From a virus, in the IMG/VR virus record IMGVR_UViG_3300042691_053605, positions 1 through 64,000 of that record: a stretch of 64,000 nucleotides of DNA, one strand, 5' to 3'. The first letter of the stretch is position 1. Every line of letters starts with the position of its first letter. This document shows, piece by piece, positions 1-8,778 of the stretch. The position numbers and the translations under genes are program-made. A model generated the notes under the pieces. That model was not told the origin of the DNA, did no database searches, and saw only the letters and a list, made by a program, of their open reading frames with translations.

Positions 1-218
1 TTAACCAGGCTGTCTTCCAAATCCAATCCAGCTTCGCGTGTTACCACTTCCTTCATTACGGATCTGCCAACAAAGCTTTCCTCCAGTGTGCCTCTTTCTT
101 CAAGAACGGTTACGAGTTCATACAAAATGTCAATGGTCGACGGATAGCCATCGACCATTTTGTAAACTTCCAGCGCGTATTTCGCTGGAAGTTTGTTTCT
201 ATTAATCTTCAGATTCAT
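1..218 (-). CDS. hypothetical protein (partial, runs off left edge)
   Basis: Manually translated ORF MNLKINRNKLPAKYALEVYKMVDGYPSTIDILYEL...; ATG overlaps the uvsX 3' end; no stop before the edge. Confidence 0.65.
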   Translation of the reverse strand, partial: MNLKINRNKLPAKYALEVYKMVDGYPSTIDILYELVTVLEERGTLEESFVGRSVMKEVVTREAGLDLEDSLV

Positions 219-1437
219 CACCAATCATTTCGGTTATTTCATCGTTTTCAATTTCGCCAAGGGAAGCAACATTCGGAAGCTTAAACATACTTTGAATGTA
301 TTTCTCATCAAGTTCTCTTAGCATTTCCGTAGTAAATACCTTGGATGTAAAGAGTTCCTGCGGCTTAATCATTTCGCCAAGATGTCGAACCGCAATTGTA
401 CGAGCCGTTTCCTTTGCTTCAAAATACAGCTTTTCAATTTCACCGGTTGACTCATTAACTCGAGTAAATTCCGTAGCCTTTATTTTTGCAAATAACGGAT
501 TGTCCTCTTTGTAAAACTTTAAGAAGTCTTTCTCACTTAGTAATTTACCGCGCTGTACGCCACATGTTTCCCATGTAAGAAATTGTTCCAATCCAACATA
601 CGGATTCATACCTTTGTAGAAACTAATGTGGAACTTAATAGGAAGTGGACGAGCAAAACGATTTTTAGCCGGTTTGGATGTTACAATAATACCGGTTTTG
701 TTTGCGCCGTCTTCTTTTAGGCCTGCCTTGGAAAGCTGTAGGATAACTGATGCGTTATAGATTGCACCGCCACCACCGGATATTGTTTGGCCAGGTACAT
801 ATGAACCAATGGTTGCATAGGTATGGTTAGTGAATACAAATGGAATTTTAAGTTCTGCCAAATCCGCGGTAATAACACGGAACAAGGAACGCAATTCCTG
901 TTGCTTGGTCATATCGCGTTTATCAGATCCACTGATAGCGTCAGCGCGTTCTTTGGTAGTTGCCAGGTTACCTAATGAATCCAACACCAACATAATTTTT
1001 GGAAGAGCCTTTCCGCCGTCCTTTGCCTTTTTCAATTGATCACAGAGGTGAGCAACAAATTGACGTACTTCCAATGGAGTACTTACCGGTTGGTAACGAA
1101 ACTTGTTAGGATCAACACCAAAGTTTTGAATTACATCCTGGTCTACTGCTGCTTCAGAATCGCAATAGATTATGTTGTACCCCATATCTTGCGCTTCTCG
1201 ACAGATGTTCAAAGCCAAGAAAGTTTTACCGGTACCGGATTCGCCAGCCAAACATATAGATCTGCTATTTGGTATTCCGCCAAACATAGATCCACTTAAC
1301 TGTGCATTTAAGAGGTAATTCCCAGTGCTAATCCATTCATCAATTTTTGAATAGGAGTTGTTTGAAATTACCGAACCTTTAGGACTAATCTTGGTTAGTT
1401 GTTCATCAAGGTCATTAAAAGAGAATTCTTTTGCCAT
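202..1437 (-). CDS. uvsX: RecA-like recombinase UvsX
   Basis: ISTGNYLLNAQLSG, Walker A GESGTGKT, DSEAA, LDSLGNL, FTNHTY, SGGGG motifs of the T4 UvsX family. Confidence 0.93.
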   Translation of the reverse strand: MAKEFSFNDLDEQLTKISPKGSVISNNSYSKIDEWISTGNYLLNAQLSGSMFGGIPNSRSICLAGESGTGKTFLALNICREAQDMGYNIIYCDSEAAVDQDVIQNFGVDPNKFRYQPVSTPLEVRQFVAHLCDQLKKAKDGGKALPKIMLVLDSLGNLATTKERADAISGSDKRDMTKQQELRSLFRVITADLAELKIPFVFTNHTYATIGSYVPGQTISGGGGAIYNASVILQLSKAGLKEDGANKTGIIVTSKPAKNRFARPLPIKFHISFYKGMNPYVGLEQFLTWETCGVQRGKLLSEKDFLKFYKEDNPLFAKIKATEFTRVNESTGEIEKLYFEAKETARTIAVRHLGEMIKPQELFTSKVFTTEMLRELDEKYIQSMFKLPNVASLGEIENDEITEMIGDESED

Positions 1438-1451
1438 ATACTTTACTTATT

Positions 1452-2639
1452 TTAGAATAGTTGAGTTCTTACAATAATCTCAGGAGAGATTGGTGGAAGA
1501 CCGATTGCTGAAATGAAACGATTTAGCGGTTCAATTAAGCCTTTTGAAAATTGTGTATCATAATCTACAGGAGGAGCAAGTTCTACCGGGAAATTACCTG
1601 GAAGAAACGCAAATACGTTTTCCTCACCGCGTTCCGCTTTTGCATAGTAATACCGAACCTTATCGCCACTTTTGATTAGCTGATACTTGTTTTTCCATTT
1701 GGAATTATTCAGCATAAAATTGTGATAACCTGCTGCTCTTACGTGAATAGGACAATGGGAATTGATTTCAAACTTTTTACGGTCGTCAGCAATACCTTTT
1801 TCATAATCGCTGATGGAAGATGAAAATGCAACGTTTTCAATGTTTTCCACTGTAAATGCTTGCTTTTCTTTTTTCAGAATTTCAGCAAATTCACGAAGAT
1901 TCAATTTGTTCTTTTCTCGGAAAATGTATTCCAATAAGGTTTTCATTCGAGCCCGTACAAAAGATGGGGTAGAACCCTGGGCAATTTCAACGCCTTTAGC
2001 CTTAATTTTCTTTTGTGGTTCATAGAAAACTCCAGGATCTTTCCATCGCAAATCCAATACATATTTTTTCTTACGAAGGAAAATAGCAGAATATGAGATG
2101 GTTTCCATTTCCAAGTCCTGGATATTTTGTGTACCCCAAGAATCGCCGTACTTATCAAAAGCCTTTTTCAAATAGTCTTTCAAACGATGGTTGTAAACTC
2201 CAAGTACAAATTCAGTGGGATCCTCGCCAGACCAATCAGAACCAAATAGTGGTTCCTGGAAAGTTACATACGCAGAGTCGGTATCGCCATAGATAGTAAC
2301 ATCATTTTTTACCTTTTCGACTTTAGTGATACCGAGCTTTGTATGTAGCTCGGTATCACGGTGCCAAAATTCGTAAAAGTAACGGTTAACTGTTTTTGAA
2401 ACAAATTTGATGATGTCCTGGCCTTGTAAAGTTATCGCCTCCGCCACTCGTACATTGTAACCTACAAAGTAAGGAGAGGCTGTAGCTCCATAAATGGAGT
2501 TAATGAAGATTTTGATTGCCTGTTCCTCGTTCCCCTTTTCATTCATCAAATGATTAAGCCTATTGATTTCGGCTATAATCTCATCACGAGATGCTGTAGT
2601 TGGATCTATTGAACAGTGTTTTAACCCTGTCAATTCCAT
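1452..2639 (-). CDS. family B DNA polymerase, C-terminal subunit (fingers helix, palm, thumb) of a split gp43-like enzyme
   Basis: Region III KIFINSIYG, region I YGDTDS, KKKY, KGVE; exonuclease and region II are absent. Confidence 0.92.
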   Translation of the reverse strand: MELTGLKHCSIDPTTASRDEIIAEINRLNHLMNEKGNEEQAIKIFINSIYGATASPYFVGYNVRVAEAITLQGQDIIKFVSKTVNRYFYEFWHRDTELHTKLGITKVEKVKNDVTIYGDTDSAYVTFQEPLFGSDWSGEDPTEFVLGVYNHRLKDYLKKAFDKYGDSWGTQNIQDLEMETISYSAIFLRKKKYVLDLRWKDPGVFYEPQKKIKAKGVEIAQGSTPSFVRARMKTLLEYIFREKNKLNLREFAEILKKEKQAFTVENIENVAFSSSISDYEKGIADDRKKFEINSHCPIHVRAAGYHNFMLNNSKWKNKYQLIKSGDKVRYYYAKAERGEENVFAFLPGNFPVELAPPVDYDTQFSKGLIEPLNRFISAIGLPPISPEIIVRTQLF

Positions 2640-2640
2640 C

Positions 2641-3387
2641 TTATTCAGCTTTTCCTATGATTGTTTTTGTTTCAGTTTCAATTGATGAGAATACAATACG
2701 GTCTCCAGAAAGATACGCTACTGCATCCTCACGATCCAAGAATCCAAATTGATTTTTGTAAATTGAAATGGTAACATCCTCGTTAGTTCCGTCCAACGCC
2801 AATAATGACATATCATAACTACGGCCTGTTACATTTACATTTCCATCTTTTACATTCATCGTTAACAACTTATGGTCGCTATCAATTGTAGAAATTGAGG
2901 AAATGCGTTTTTGATGTTCCTTAGTAAGAACAAAATTTACTTGTGAAGCCTCAGTATTACTGATACGATCCATCATTTCATCAGTGATATGAGTGAACAA
3001 ACGTAAACTTGCACATTGGAAGTTGATTTTCAAGCTTGAACTTGACAAAGTAACCTCAGTACCAATCATACCGTCAGCGGTATTTTCATAGCTAATACTG
3101 AATTTAACTTCTGAATCTGTGAAGTGCTTAAACGCTTCAGTCAATTTATCCACGCTAAAGATACCGAAAAGAATGTTTTGACCTGTAGTCATTACTCCTT
3201 CCATATCAAAAATTAGACTCATGTCAATTTTTGAGGATTTTACAACGCTACGTTCGGGCGTGTGTGTTTTGGCTTTCAAATAGCCGTTTTCAATTTCCAA
3301 CAAAAGAGTACTTTCAATTGAGGAAAAACGCTTCAAGAAGTTAGTAAACTCCGAAGCTGACTTTACTGATAATGTAATTTGTTCCAT
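2641..3387 (-). CDS. putative DNA polymerase sliding clamp (gp45-like)
   Basis: 248 aa; N-terminal FLKRFSSIESTLLL resembles gp45 LKNFATINSGIML; adjacent to the polymerase gene. Confidence 0.65.
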   Translation of the reverse strand: MEQITLSVKSASEFTNFLKRFSSIESTLLLEIENGYLKAKTHTPERSVVKSSKIDMSLIFDMEGVMTTGQNILFGIFSVDKLTEAFKHFTDSEVKFSISYENTADGMIGTEVTLSSSSLKINFQCASLRLFTHITDEMMDRISNTEASQVNFVLTKEHQKRISSISTIDSDHKLLTMNVKDGNVNVTGRSYDMSLLALDGTNEDVTISIYKNQFGFLDREDAVAYLSGDRIVFSSIETETKTIIGKAE

Positions 3388-3437
3388 TTTAAGAATTTTG
3401 ATTTGATTTTATATTCACTTTTTGATTAAAGTTTCCG

Positions 3438-4070
3438 TTAGATAATATCATCCACAAGACCGTATTTAGTTTTGCAAATTTTTGAGTTCCACCATCTGTC
3501 ATGCTTTAAGATTTCTTCAAGTTCGGCTGGCTTAATTTTAGTACGTTCAGAATACCATTCTTTCATGGTCTTCATAATATCTTTATTACTATTGACATGA
3601 TCCATCATATCTGAGTGTCTGCCCCAAGCAGCGTCACTTAATTCATGGATAAGCATATACGCGCTTTTTCTCATAAGCCTACGGGTTCCTGCTGTAGAAA
3701 TAATGGTAGCGGCTGAAGCAGCGCATCCTTCAATAATGGTTACCACAGGTACTACAGTTTTAATACGTTCAATCGTATCAGCGATTGCAAACGCGGAAAA
3801 AACCTCGCCACCATAGGAATTAATATGCAACCAAATTGGTGGTGGAGAATTGACTTCATACATACTATTAAAAATGCCTCCCAAGTTATACATTGATGCC
3901 TGGTGCAATTTTTGATTAAGTATCAATGCAGATTCAGGATTGACATCGGCATAAAAATAAATGTGATCACCTTGCGATGTTACCAGTGTATCTGGAAACG
4001 CATCGTTATTATTGCGTTTATCATCAGTTGGATCACTGTAATTGTTCATTCTCTTCGTTTGTGGTTTCAT
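3438..4070 (-). CDS. clpP: ClpP-like serine protease (start possibly 4049)
   Basis: LHINSYGG, GCAASAA (catalytic Ser), MLIHE (His), HDRWW. Confidence 0.88.
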   Translation of the reverse strand: MKPQTKRMNNYSDPTDDKRNNNDAFPDTLVTSQGDHIYFYADVNPESALILNQKLHQASMYNLGGIFNSMYEVNSPPPIWLHINSYGGEVFSAFAIADTIERIKTVVPVVTIIEGCAASAATIISTAGTRRLMRKSAYMLIHELSDAAWGRHSDMMDHVNSNKDIMKTMKEWYSERTKIKPAELEEILKHDRWWNSKICKTKYGLVDDII

Positions 4071-4410
4071 ATCTTTCTTTATAGAATTTGTCTACCGCGG
4101 TTTCTAAATCGAGGTATTGAGGGTACGTTTCAATAGGCTTCCATACTGTTGGTTTTCCTTTAGGGTCAGAAGCCATAAAACTAACAAACTCGCCTCGTGC
4201 AAAATACTGGGTTACCAAAAAATGGTCCTCATTCATTTTGACAATCCAGGCAACATTTCGAGTAGTTGATTTTGGTATTCTAACCAGCTGCCATGGTTTT
4301 TCCTTTCGATTAAATGTAGGAGCAATATTAATAGCTCTAACTGCTTTAATGTGGCCGTCTTTTAATATCCCTCCTGGGACATCTTTGCATGTGATGTATT
4401 GTTTTTCCAT
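4033..4410 (-). CDS. hypothetical protein
   Basis: ORF; likely start MEKQYITC at 4410, just after the stop of the gp52-like gene. Confidence 0.65.
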   Translation of the reverse strand: MEKQYITCKDVPGGILKDGHIKAVRAINIAPTFNRKEKPWQLVRIPKSTTRNVAWIVKMNEDHFLVTQYFARGEFVSFMASDPKGKPTVWKPIETYPQYLDLETAVDKFYKERYETTNEENEQLQ

Positions 4411-4411
4411 A

Positions 4412-5812
4412 TTAGTTTGTTTCCTCTTCAATTTCGTCTTCTTCTTTGTCTTTACCGTCCCATACCTCGATACCATCATATTCGTCTTCATCTAAGAAAA
4501 GATTGGAGGCCGATGATGTTTTACTGCTGGTTCCGCGGTTTGTTGCGGTATCAACCATAAGTGCAAGTTCTGCCTGCGAGTTATGAAGTTCCTTTGTTTG
4601 CTCAGATTGTACGCCTTCCAGCCTTGCAATTTCTTTACGAGTTCTTTCCAACTCTTGAGCATTTAATGACTTGAGATAAATTGATTCCAAACGACGGCGT
4701 ACTCGTGAATTTGCAGTTACCGTATCAAGGAACTTTTCAACCTCAGTTTCTTTACGTTGTTTTTCCAACATGTACATCAGATACTTTTCTTTACAGCGTG
4801 CAAATTCCAATTCGTCATTGGCCTCTTGCAAAAAGTATTCCGCGCGCTTTACTCTGAGTTCTGCTTTACGATAACGGAAGTCATCAATATAATCTTCAAT
4901 ACGATCGTATTCCAATACAAGTCCATCCTTTACAAACACCGGAGTTTCGGTAACCAACATTTTGGTAGATTTCAAAACCGCTTCAGAAAAAGCAGCCCAT
5001 CCATCCGCGTCGCCACTGTATCGCAAATGTACATCTACATTAGTGGAAGAGTTATTGGTAATTTTTACATTCGGATGATAGTTCAGAATAGAATCCAGCT
5101 TCTTCAAAAAGCTACCGTACTTCATTAACGGAGGCAATTCCGTAACCCGCATCCATCTTTCAGAATCGCTGGTTTCAATTACGCCTTCAATTAACCAAGA
5201 CTTATCCAGGCCTCGATAACGTGTAACCTTACCTTTGAAGTCCTTGAAAACTGGCTTTACCTCTTTGATCTTTCCGTCCAAGTACTTTTGAATATCCGAA
5301 AGACTTCTTGGTAAAATTGTAGTTTTGTAACCAACTGCAATACCTACAATAGTTGTAGATAAACCAATTGGCAAATCAATCCAAAGCGGATCCCAGCCAG
5401 TTTCATCATTACGAGTATTAAGGAAAGAGTTTTTGCGAATCATTTCCGAAATGCTTGGAGCAATTTTAACCGAGGTATAACGAGCCGCCGACGGTTCTTG
5501 CTGAACCGGAGTTCCAAAGAAACCATCACCAAGAAGTAACTGTTCGGAACATCCAAAAGGACGGGCCAACTTATTGACCGCGCCAGTTAAAGACTTATCT
5601 CCATGATGATAACCATCAGAAATACAAGACCCTACTACGGATATTGTTTTGTTATAGTTATTAGGAGAATTTACTAAAATGAATCTCTGTACATTTGTAA
5701 GACCATCATAAAAAGATGGAATCCCGCGGTTTTCTAATACATACAAAGCATAATTGCGGAAGTTGGTATTGATTTGCTTTGAGATTGGTAGGTTATAGAT
5801 TTTCTTAGCCAT
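4412..5812 (-). CDS. type II DNA topoisomerase, breakage-reunion subunit (T4 gp52/GyrA-like)
   Basis: RGIPSFYDGLTNVQR, YHHGD, GDGFFG, catalytic SAARYT, GIAVGY. Confidence 0.93.
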   Translation of the reverse strand: MAKKIYNLPISKQINTNFRNYALYVLENRGIPSFYDGLTNVQRFILVNSPNNYNKTISVVGSCISDGYHHGDKSLTGAVNKLARPFGCSEQLLLGDGFFGTPVQQEPSAARYTSVKIAPSISEMIRKNSFLNTRNDETGWDPLWIDLPIGLSTTIVGIAVGYKTTILPRSLSDIQKYLDGKIKEVKPVFKDFKGKVTRYRGLDKSWLIEGVIETSDSERWMRVTELPPLMKYGSFLKKLDSILNYHPNVKITNNSSTNVDVHLRYSGDADGWAAFSEAVLKSTKMLVTETPVFVKDGLVLEYDRIEDYIDDFRYRKAELRVKRAEYFLQEANDELEFARCKEKYLMYMLEKQRKETEVEKFLDTVTANSRVRRRLESIYLKSLNAQELERTRKEIARLEGVQSEQTKELHNSQAELALMVDTATNRGTSSKTSSASNLFLDEDEYDGIEVWDGKDKEEDEIEEETN

Positions 5813-5864
5813 TCAGTATATTTATAGCATTTATAGTTATATTCATAAAAGTTAAATTAGTTTC

Positions 5865-5892
5865 AAAAAGAAAGGAGACCAGAGGTCTCCTT
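5865..5892 (-). terminator. Rho-independent terminator
   Basis: 9-bp stem AAGGAGACC-aga-GGTCTCCTT with a U-tract on the minus strand, downstream of 5918..6169. Confidence 0.75.
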
Positions 5893-5917
5893 GTTAACAA
5901 TAAGTATGTAGAGGGTT

Positions 5918-6169
5918 TTAGTCTTCTAAAAGTTCAGCGTGCTTTTTAATTTTATCTTCAATCTTTGACTTATTGGGTTCATCCAAGGCTACATTAATAA
6001 CTACTTCATCTTTGGTTTTACCTTGTGAGTTGTCCAAAATCTCAGCACCTACTTCTTTAAGATCTGATAACAAATCAAAAATGTTGAATTTCTTATCGAC
6101 CTTTAATCTATAAGTATGATGACTTTTGCCTTCATACATATAGTCGAAATAGTTAGAGACATGTTTCAT
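5918..6169 (-). CDS. hypothetical protein with CTS-like N-terminus
   Basis: Starts MKHVSNYFDYMYEG. Confidence 0.75.
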   Translation of the reverse strand: MKHVSNYFDYMYEGKSHHTYRLKVDKKFNIFDLLSDLKEVGAEILDNSQGKTKDEVVINVALDEPNKSKIEDKIKKHAELLED

Positions 6170-6528
6170 TACTTTAGAGTCAATAAGTATTTAAGTTTGT
6201 CAAGCTCACCGGTGATTTCTTGGCAAATGTTATCCAGCTCTTTATCGGTGTCAGCCATAAATACGCTCTCAAAAAATTGGTGTAGGCCGTCAATAAAAGC
6301 ATCAACTTTAACATTTTCATAATCGGCAACCGCAAGTTGCTTCATTCCACCAAATTTAGGACGTCCGTATTTTCCGCTATATGCTTCAATCAATTTATCA
6401 AACAAATCATCAAGAGAATCATACGCTCCGCCGAATGCGTTGTGTTCAGCAAAACTTTCAGTTTGCCAGTGTAATACTCTTAGCTGCGCTTGAATTTGTA
6501 GCACATTGCTTATTAGTTCTTTTTCCAT
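6169..6528 (-). CDS. ferritin/Dps-like four-helix protein
   Basis: LHWQTESFAEHNAF, DKLIEAY, KLKYLLTLK pattern of phage ferritin-like proteins. Confidence 0.75.
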   Translation of the reverse strand: MEKELISNVLQIQAQLRVLHWQTESFAEHNAFGGAYDSLDDLFDKLIEAYSGKYGRPKFGGMKQLAVADYENVKVDAFIDGLHQFFESVFMADTDKELDNICQEITGELDKLKYLLTLK

Positions 6529-6558
6529 CTATATCTTTTTTGTTTTTTGCGAAAGATC

Positions 6559-6837
6559 TTACTTCTCATCTAGGCTTACAATATCGTCCTGCAAGAAAAT
6601 GCCATAATCATTAACGAATGCCTGGATATCTTCTTGCGAACCTACAACATCAAATCCATCGCCATCTCTATCACGAACCTCTAGATCATAATCTTTTTTA
6701 ATTTCCTCATCAGAGCCACCGGGTTCTCTGGAATCATCAATATGAGCAATGAATAGTTCTTTTTTTGATTCATTTGCAGATTCGTTTACAAAGCTTTCAA
6801 ATGTTTTTACGTGTTTCATTTCTTGCATGTGTTTCAT
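6559..6837 (-). CDS. hypothetical acidic protein with CTS-like N-terminus
   Basis: MKHMQEMKHVKTFESFVNES. Confidence 0.8.
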   Translation of the reverse strand: MKHMQEMKHVKTFESFVNESANESKKELFIAHIDDSREPGGSDEEIKKDYDLEVRDRDGDGFDVVGSQEDIQAFVNDYGIFLQDDIVSLDEK

Positions 6838-6857
6838 TTTTTATGTTATTTTACCTT

Positions 6858-6866
6858 CTATATATC
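6858..6866 (-). promoter_or_regulatory. putative late promoter GATATATAG
   Basis: Motif recurs upstream of structural and CTS-tagged genes; resembles T4 late TATAAATA. Confidence 0.55.
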
Positions 6867-6871
6867 ATGGC

Positions 6872-8686
6872 TTACAACTGTCCTTCAAGCCATTTTTTAC
6901 GCTTTCCAGAATTCATACCAAAAGCAATATCTATGTACTTGCCAGATGAGCGGTCATTCTTTATTTTGAACATTGCTCGTTCGGACATTACCACTTCCCA
7001 GTCCTGAATACTTAATGATCCTAAACCTTTAAGGTATCGAACATTGCTCATTTTGTTTCCGCCTTTTTCATAATTACCAAAGTCTTCCAACGAATAGAAG
7101 TATTGACGTTTGCCACTAACATCAATGGAGGCAAGTGGTGTAATGAGAATATTGAGTTTTCCTGAGTCAATAACTTGTGGAAACCATTTGTAGAATAGGT
7201 TGATTACCAGAGATGCAATGTGACCGATACCATCAGGGTCCCAGTCAGTTGCGATAGCCACATTTGCAAAGGTGCAGCCTTTACCGTTTCCCGGCTCCAA
7301 GTCCAGGATGTTCATTAGATCAATGATTTCTGCATTGGTACTTAAGTCCCGAACGGTTCGCGCATTTTTGATTTTTCCTTTTAGCGAATAGACACCGTCA
7401 GTTCGCGGATCCCTCTTCTGTAAGATTGAACCCATAGCGGAAGAACCCTCTACAATAAACAGGGTGCCTTTGGCTTGTGATGGCGGAAAATACTTATCGC
7501 TAATCTTTTTGGAAGCTGCCTTCTTCTTAGACTTAAGAGTATTTAAGTCTTGCTTTAGGTTTCGCTCCTCAATTTTCTTTTTGATGATCTGGTAGATTTC
7601 TGAACCTAACAATTGTCGTTTTAGCTTTCCGTAAAACTTCTTTTCCAAGAGCGGCTGAATTTCCCATCGGCCGCCAGCGTATTTGGTTTTATTTTGATCA
7701 CCAAATTTTACTAACTTGGGAGGCAGATTCAGAACAAACATAGTTCCGTAAAACATATGTGCCTCATTATAGCCAAACATTTCATTTACCCAGTCGTACA
7801 TAATACGCTGATGTATACCGGTACAGTTGGCTCCATTAATAAACGATATTGAGGTACCGTTTGCGTATCCTTCCCATAAGAAGAAAGTTCCCAGATCCGT
7901 ATGAATTTCCAAATAGGTTTCAGGTAGGAACGGAAGATCTAAATTTAGTTCCTGCCCATCAAACACAAATTCCAGTTTCATATTCTGTAGCATGGGATCG
8001 CGCTTCAACAAAAATTGACGGAACGCAAACATGGTATGCAAATACTCCTTATCCCAAGTACAGCCTTTGAAGGTATCTTTTCTTGGAGTATATGTAATAG
8101 TAGTGCCTTTTGTAGATTTGCCAACTGGAGAACAGGTTTCTGTGTCCTTTACAAATCGCTTCCAACTAATTTTATAGTCCACTTCAGAATTAACTGTGTG
8201 AACTTCAAATTCGTCGGATAACATATTTACCAAGGCAGCACCTACTCCATTGGTTCCAATAAGACTATCAGTAGAGCTTTCGTTATAGAAGTTTGATCCT
8301 GCTCTCAGCATTGAAAGCGCGGTTTCTACGTTACTCATACCAGTTTTACTGTTAGCCTTTTCCGCATTTAGGAATCCGCCACCAGTATCGGTTACCTTTA
8401 CCTGATTGGTTTTTGAATTGATTTCTACCCGAATTTTTGGCATTGCTCCTTTTAGACGTTTTGCTTCGTCAAAGGAGTTATCCACAATTTCATTCAGCAT
8501 TTTATAGAAGCCTACTGATAGTACCTTTGTCTTTGCTACGATTCTTCCAGTCTTGCCGCCTTCATCAACTTCAATAATTTGAACTTTCTCGTCAGATCTT
8601 TCAACAGATCCAATGTACATTGTAGGACGGTGTAAAACGTGTTCAAAATCGCTTAACGCTACAATTTCTTTGTTACTTTTAGCCAT
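6872..8686 (-). CDS. type II DNA topoisomerase ATPase/TOPRIM subunit (gp39+gp60/GyrB-like)
   Basis: HVLHRPTMYIGS, EIVDNSFDE, GTNGVG (GHKL); EGSSA, LKGK, TDWDPDG, YLKGLGS (TOPRIM). Confidence 0.94.
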   Translation of the reverse strand: MAKSNKEIVALSDFEHVLHRPTMYIGSVERSDEKVQIIEVDEGGKTGRIVAKTKVLSVGFYKMLNEIVDNSFDEAKRLKGAMPKIRVEINSKTNQVKVTDTGGGFLNAEKANSKTGMSNVETALSMLRAGSNFYNESSTDSLIGTNGVGAALVNMLSDEFEVHTVNSEVDYKISWKRFVKDTETCSPVGKSTKGTTITYTPRKDTFKGCTWDKEYLHTMFAFRQFLLKRDPMLQNMKLEFVFDGQELNLDLPFLPETYLEIHTDLGTFFLWEGYANGTSISFINGANCTGIHQRIMYDWVNEMFGYNEAHMFYGTMFVLNLPPKLVKFGDQNKTKYAGGRWEIQPLLEKKFYGKLKRQLLGSEIYQIIKKKIEERNLKQDLNTLKSKKKAASKKISDKYFPPSQAKGTLFIVEGSSAMGSILQKRDPRTDGVYSLKGKIKNARTVRDLSTNAEIIDLMNILDLEPGNGKGCTFANVAIATDWDPDGIGHIASLVINLFYKWFPQVIDSGKLNILITPLASIDVSGKRQYFYSLEDFGNYEKGGNKMSNVRYLKGLGSLSIQDWEVVMSERAMFKIKNDRSSGKYIDIAFGMNSGKRKKWLEGQL

Positions 8687-8778
8687 TAGTGTTTATTAGG
8701 TTACTTTAGATTATTTGACAATATTTATATTAACTACATTCATAAAGTTTTACAGTGGTCACTAGATGATACCATGTA

